The notes under the pieces were generated by a model. It worked only from the letters and a program-made list of their open reading frames with translations, had not been told where the DNA came from and did no database searches. A stretch of DNA of 64,000 nucleotides from Perkinsus olseni (taxonomy: Eukaryota): positions 1 through 64,000 of the forward strand of contig JABANN010000014.1 in the NCBI GenBank assembly GCA_013115125.1, read 5' to 3'. The translations under genes were made by a program, and so were the position numbers. Positions 60,989 through 64,000 of this stretch are shown piece after piece (the first letter of the stretch is position 1; each line of letters begins with the position of its first letter).

Positions 60989-63900
60989 ATGGCAGGGTCT
61001 GGTGGGGGCGGCAGTCCGCAGGCGTCAGGGTCAGCCTCGAGTGAGGCACCCCCAAGTCCTCGCCCTTCCGTCACGGACATGATACCGTCGCGGGCCATGT
61101 CCATCCGAAGTAGTACGGTCGGGCTATCGGGAGGGCTAACGTGCTCATGTAGGGCTATCAACCCTGCATAGGATGGACCGTATGGAGGAGGACACCTTCG
61201 CTAGAAGGCTAGACCACACCCTCACGAGACGGTGATGGATGCCTCCCCTCTCACGATACTTGTCTCCCCTCACAGATTGAGTAACGCCTACTTGCCAGCC
61301 AATGATGGTACGCTGAGTCCGCGTTCAAGGGCCCAACTGTCTTTTAAGATCCGTACCATGAACAGCACGCCTCTGCTGGGATCGGGGTACTTCCCTGCTT
61401 CCCCTTACCCACAGCGATTGAGTCCTCTTGCCAGGGAGCGTCGGCTGGAGGCCCTGTTCGGTCCTGCGCCGGGCAGCTTCCAAGGTAGCGATGCTTTATC
61501 GTTCGCTGTATCCCCGGCGCCATCGGGCATCCTCATTGGCGGCCGTGGGTCGATTGTTGGGCCGCCAGAAGCCGAAGAGGACACCGTAAACAGGCTAACG
61601 AAGAAGCACATACCGTGGGTGGCCTTGGTAGTAGCTTCGAGGGCGCTGGTGCTCGGCGTCCTAGACAACGCTGATCTGCGCTTGATCAGTTGCTTTTCTT
61701 ATCATTGGCAGTGGTAGTGTTCGTATCACTTTGGGAGCCCCATCATGCAAGAACGGACGTCCATCGTACCAAACTGGAGAAGTATAACATGTTCATATCC
61801 TCTCCTATGTACCAAGGCCCCGCGAGCCTGCTGCCCCCTCCGAGATCAACTCAGGTACGTAGTCAGTCCGGAACAGAATCTCACGCTGCCGTTTAGCCGC
61901 GAAGCGAAGGCTCTTGATATCAAGGTTGTGGCTGCCAAGGTATCCTAGCACGTTCGGAGGTTATCTGAGGCCGCCGTTGTCTACTGGTAGGACAGGCAGT
62001 CCTCGTTGATGCGGGTGGACGATGGAGAGGAGCCCGAGGCCTCGGGAAGGGTGCTACGCTGGCAGTTGTGGTATGACCCAACTCTAGCTGGCCCATCCGA
62101 GGAGCACGCTAAAAGACGGCTTGCTGGTAATTTGAGTGTGGCCTGGCTGCTGCTGATCTGCCATGCATGCCCCTGCTAGATGATGAAGAGGAAGTGATGC
62201 TTTACAGCAACTCCCTACCACTGATGACTAATGTGGAGGCTGAGTTCTTCGAGAATGTCGATCTCGTAAGTATGGCGCTGGAGGACCTTCCCTGAATGCG
62301 TCTCCGATCGGCCAGAGTAATCCATCGGCGACCGCAGCATCCTCATGACGGCAGGTCCCCTTGTACGATGAGTATGATGTCCCTACCGGGGATGGTCGTG
62401 TGCCGTTGAAACTGCTGGTATGGGTAGAAGGAGAGGGCTCCCCGGTATCCTTCCTGCTCGAACCCATGCTCCTGGGAAGCGTCGCACGGTACAGAGTCCT
62501 GATCGCCGGTAAGATTGCTACTATGGGGTCTTGTGACGGCAGCCTGCTTATAGCGCGAACCCCGTTCCTGCTGAAAGTACATTCAGTCGCACTGAAAGGA
62601 AGTGCTGCATGTGATGCGGGGGTGGTGTGGTAGGTATCCTATTCCTCTGCACCTTCATCCTCATCGTTACCGAGATAATCCACCGGGTGTAGGCTGCTGA
62701 GGCACCCTCGCCCTCCCTCTCCTATCGCCATCCCTCCATCAAGGTACGCGACCTTCATCGGCTCTATGCTGGGGTTGTTCCTCATAGCCTTGCTGCATGA
62801 GGTGCCGGAGCTGGAGGATATCATGGCCATGGTCGACTTTGGCACCTTGATGCTGCTCTTCAGCATGATGGTTAATGTGGGCACCCGGGGAAGCTCCGGG
62901 GGGCAGGGACCCCTCCTCAGGTCCATCTCCTGGCCCTCACGGGCTTCTTCCAGTACGTGGCGGCTCGCATGGTCATCCTGGCAGGAGGCCGCATCACGCT
63001 GCTGTTTTTCCTCCTCACAATCTCCACCGGAGTCAGACCCCTTGCCTGATACGTCTGCAGTGTTACGGCCCCACAGGTCCTGTCAGCCTTCCTTGATAAC
63101 GTTACAACCGTGATGCTGGTGGGGCCTGTCACTATATCCCTGTGCAAGGAGATAAAGCGGAGCCCAGTCCCCTTCTACCTCTCGGAGACCTTACTGGGTG
63201 AGATCCCGTCTACGCCGGTCCGGGTAGTGGGTTTCCATATCAGCTACTATCGGTGGCACTGCTACCCTTATCGGAGACCCTCCAAATGTGGTTATCAGTT
63301 CCAAGCTCGGTGTCTCCTTCACAGACTTCATCGTGTGAGCCCCGAGGTCAGGACTTGCCTACCAGAGCCCACGTCGCCTTCTCAGATACAACGGTCCCCT
63401 GGTGGTCGTACTCCTCCCTGCTGCGGCAGGTCTGCTGTATCTGAGATTTCGATCGGAGGTGTCGGGCAGGGCCCTACTGGACGAGCAGAGGATAAAGAGG
63501 GAGAATATTATCCACGACAAAGTGGGCCAACCGCGGAAGCCTTTACCTTCGCGCTCGATCGTCGTCACCGTCTCAACAGGGCTCCACCGTTCTATGTGAG
63601 TCAGGTCGCCTTCGCCCAAGTTGGATCGATATTCGTCGCCATCACTCTAGCTCTATTCCTCTCTCCGGTGAGTCTCTCCTCTGTATCTCCTTGGATGGTT
63701 TGGTCGTATGGTCATGAGCAAGGTCCATGGCTACGAGGCTGCATGGTTTACTCTCCTTGGCATGTACGTCGGCTGTATCGTCTTGTCTCCTCATGACTTC
63801 CATCGAGTACTGGAGGCCGTCGAATGGGACACCCTCATCTTCTTCGCCAGCCTCTTCGTCCTAGTAGAGGCGGTCAACGAGCTAGGGCTCATACGGTGGG

Positions 63901-64000
63901 CCTCCCTACCCTCGGTGGCTGGTGACAGCATGAGCTCGTCAGTGCCATTGGGGACCTCATCACCGACATCATCACTTCCATTCCCCTCACCCATCGGCTC
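60989..64000 (+). CDS. P-protein (OCA2)/ArsB-NhaD-type multi-pass transporter; runs off the window end
   Basis: FILIVTEIIHR, VDFGTLMLLFSMM, TGFFQY, LSAFLDNVTTVML, TIGGTATLIGDPPNVVI and VEWDTLIFFASLFVLVE. Confidence 0.9.

Noticed and set aside
1-64000. CRISPR arrays, prophage, rRNA genes or intact transposases
   Set aside because: None seen; the window is intron-rich eukaryotic sequence with no regularly spaced repeat-spacer structure.

Overview
Compact eukaryotic protist genomic DNA with dense genes and many short (about 40-80 bp) GT-AG introns. Gene content and style suggest a perkinsid alveolate such as Perkinsus; this is inferred and was not confirmed by any search. Recognisable genes are ATP-PEPCK with a mitochondrial-type leader, Nup155, a SURP/RS splicing factor, two LRR proteins, a GT47 exostosin, an EEP phosphoesterase, Tim10, ABITRAM, DMC1, two tandem amino-acid transporters, a YnbD-like dual-specificity phosphatase, an ankyrin protein, ATG4, OPA3, an RbfA-like protein, a LicD protein and a P-protein/ArsB-NhaD transporter truncated by the window end. 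The most striking region is 16-31 kb. It holds three tandem, intact, strongly diverged chitin-synthase-like genes that share one intron position but have lost the QRRRW motif, and two of the three have also lost the EDR catalytic Asp. They lie co-oriented and tightly packed with the EEP and GT47 genes and face two secreted Thr-rich proteins carrying a six-Cys module, making this a candidate cell-wall or glycan locus built on chitin-synthase pseudoenzymes. Also notable are a protein with an array of 18 LC8-type QT motifs plus Sfi1-like repeats, and a DMC1 with a predicted N-terminal AT-hook. All gene models were spliced by eye, so the ends of multi-exon genes are approximate.
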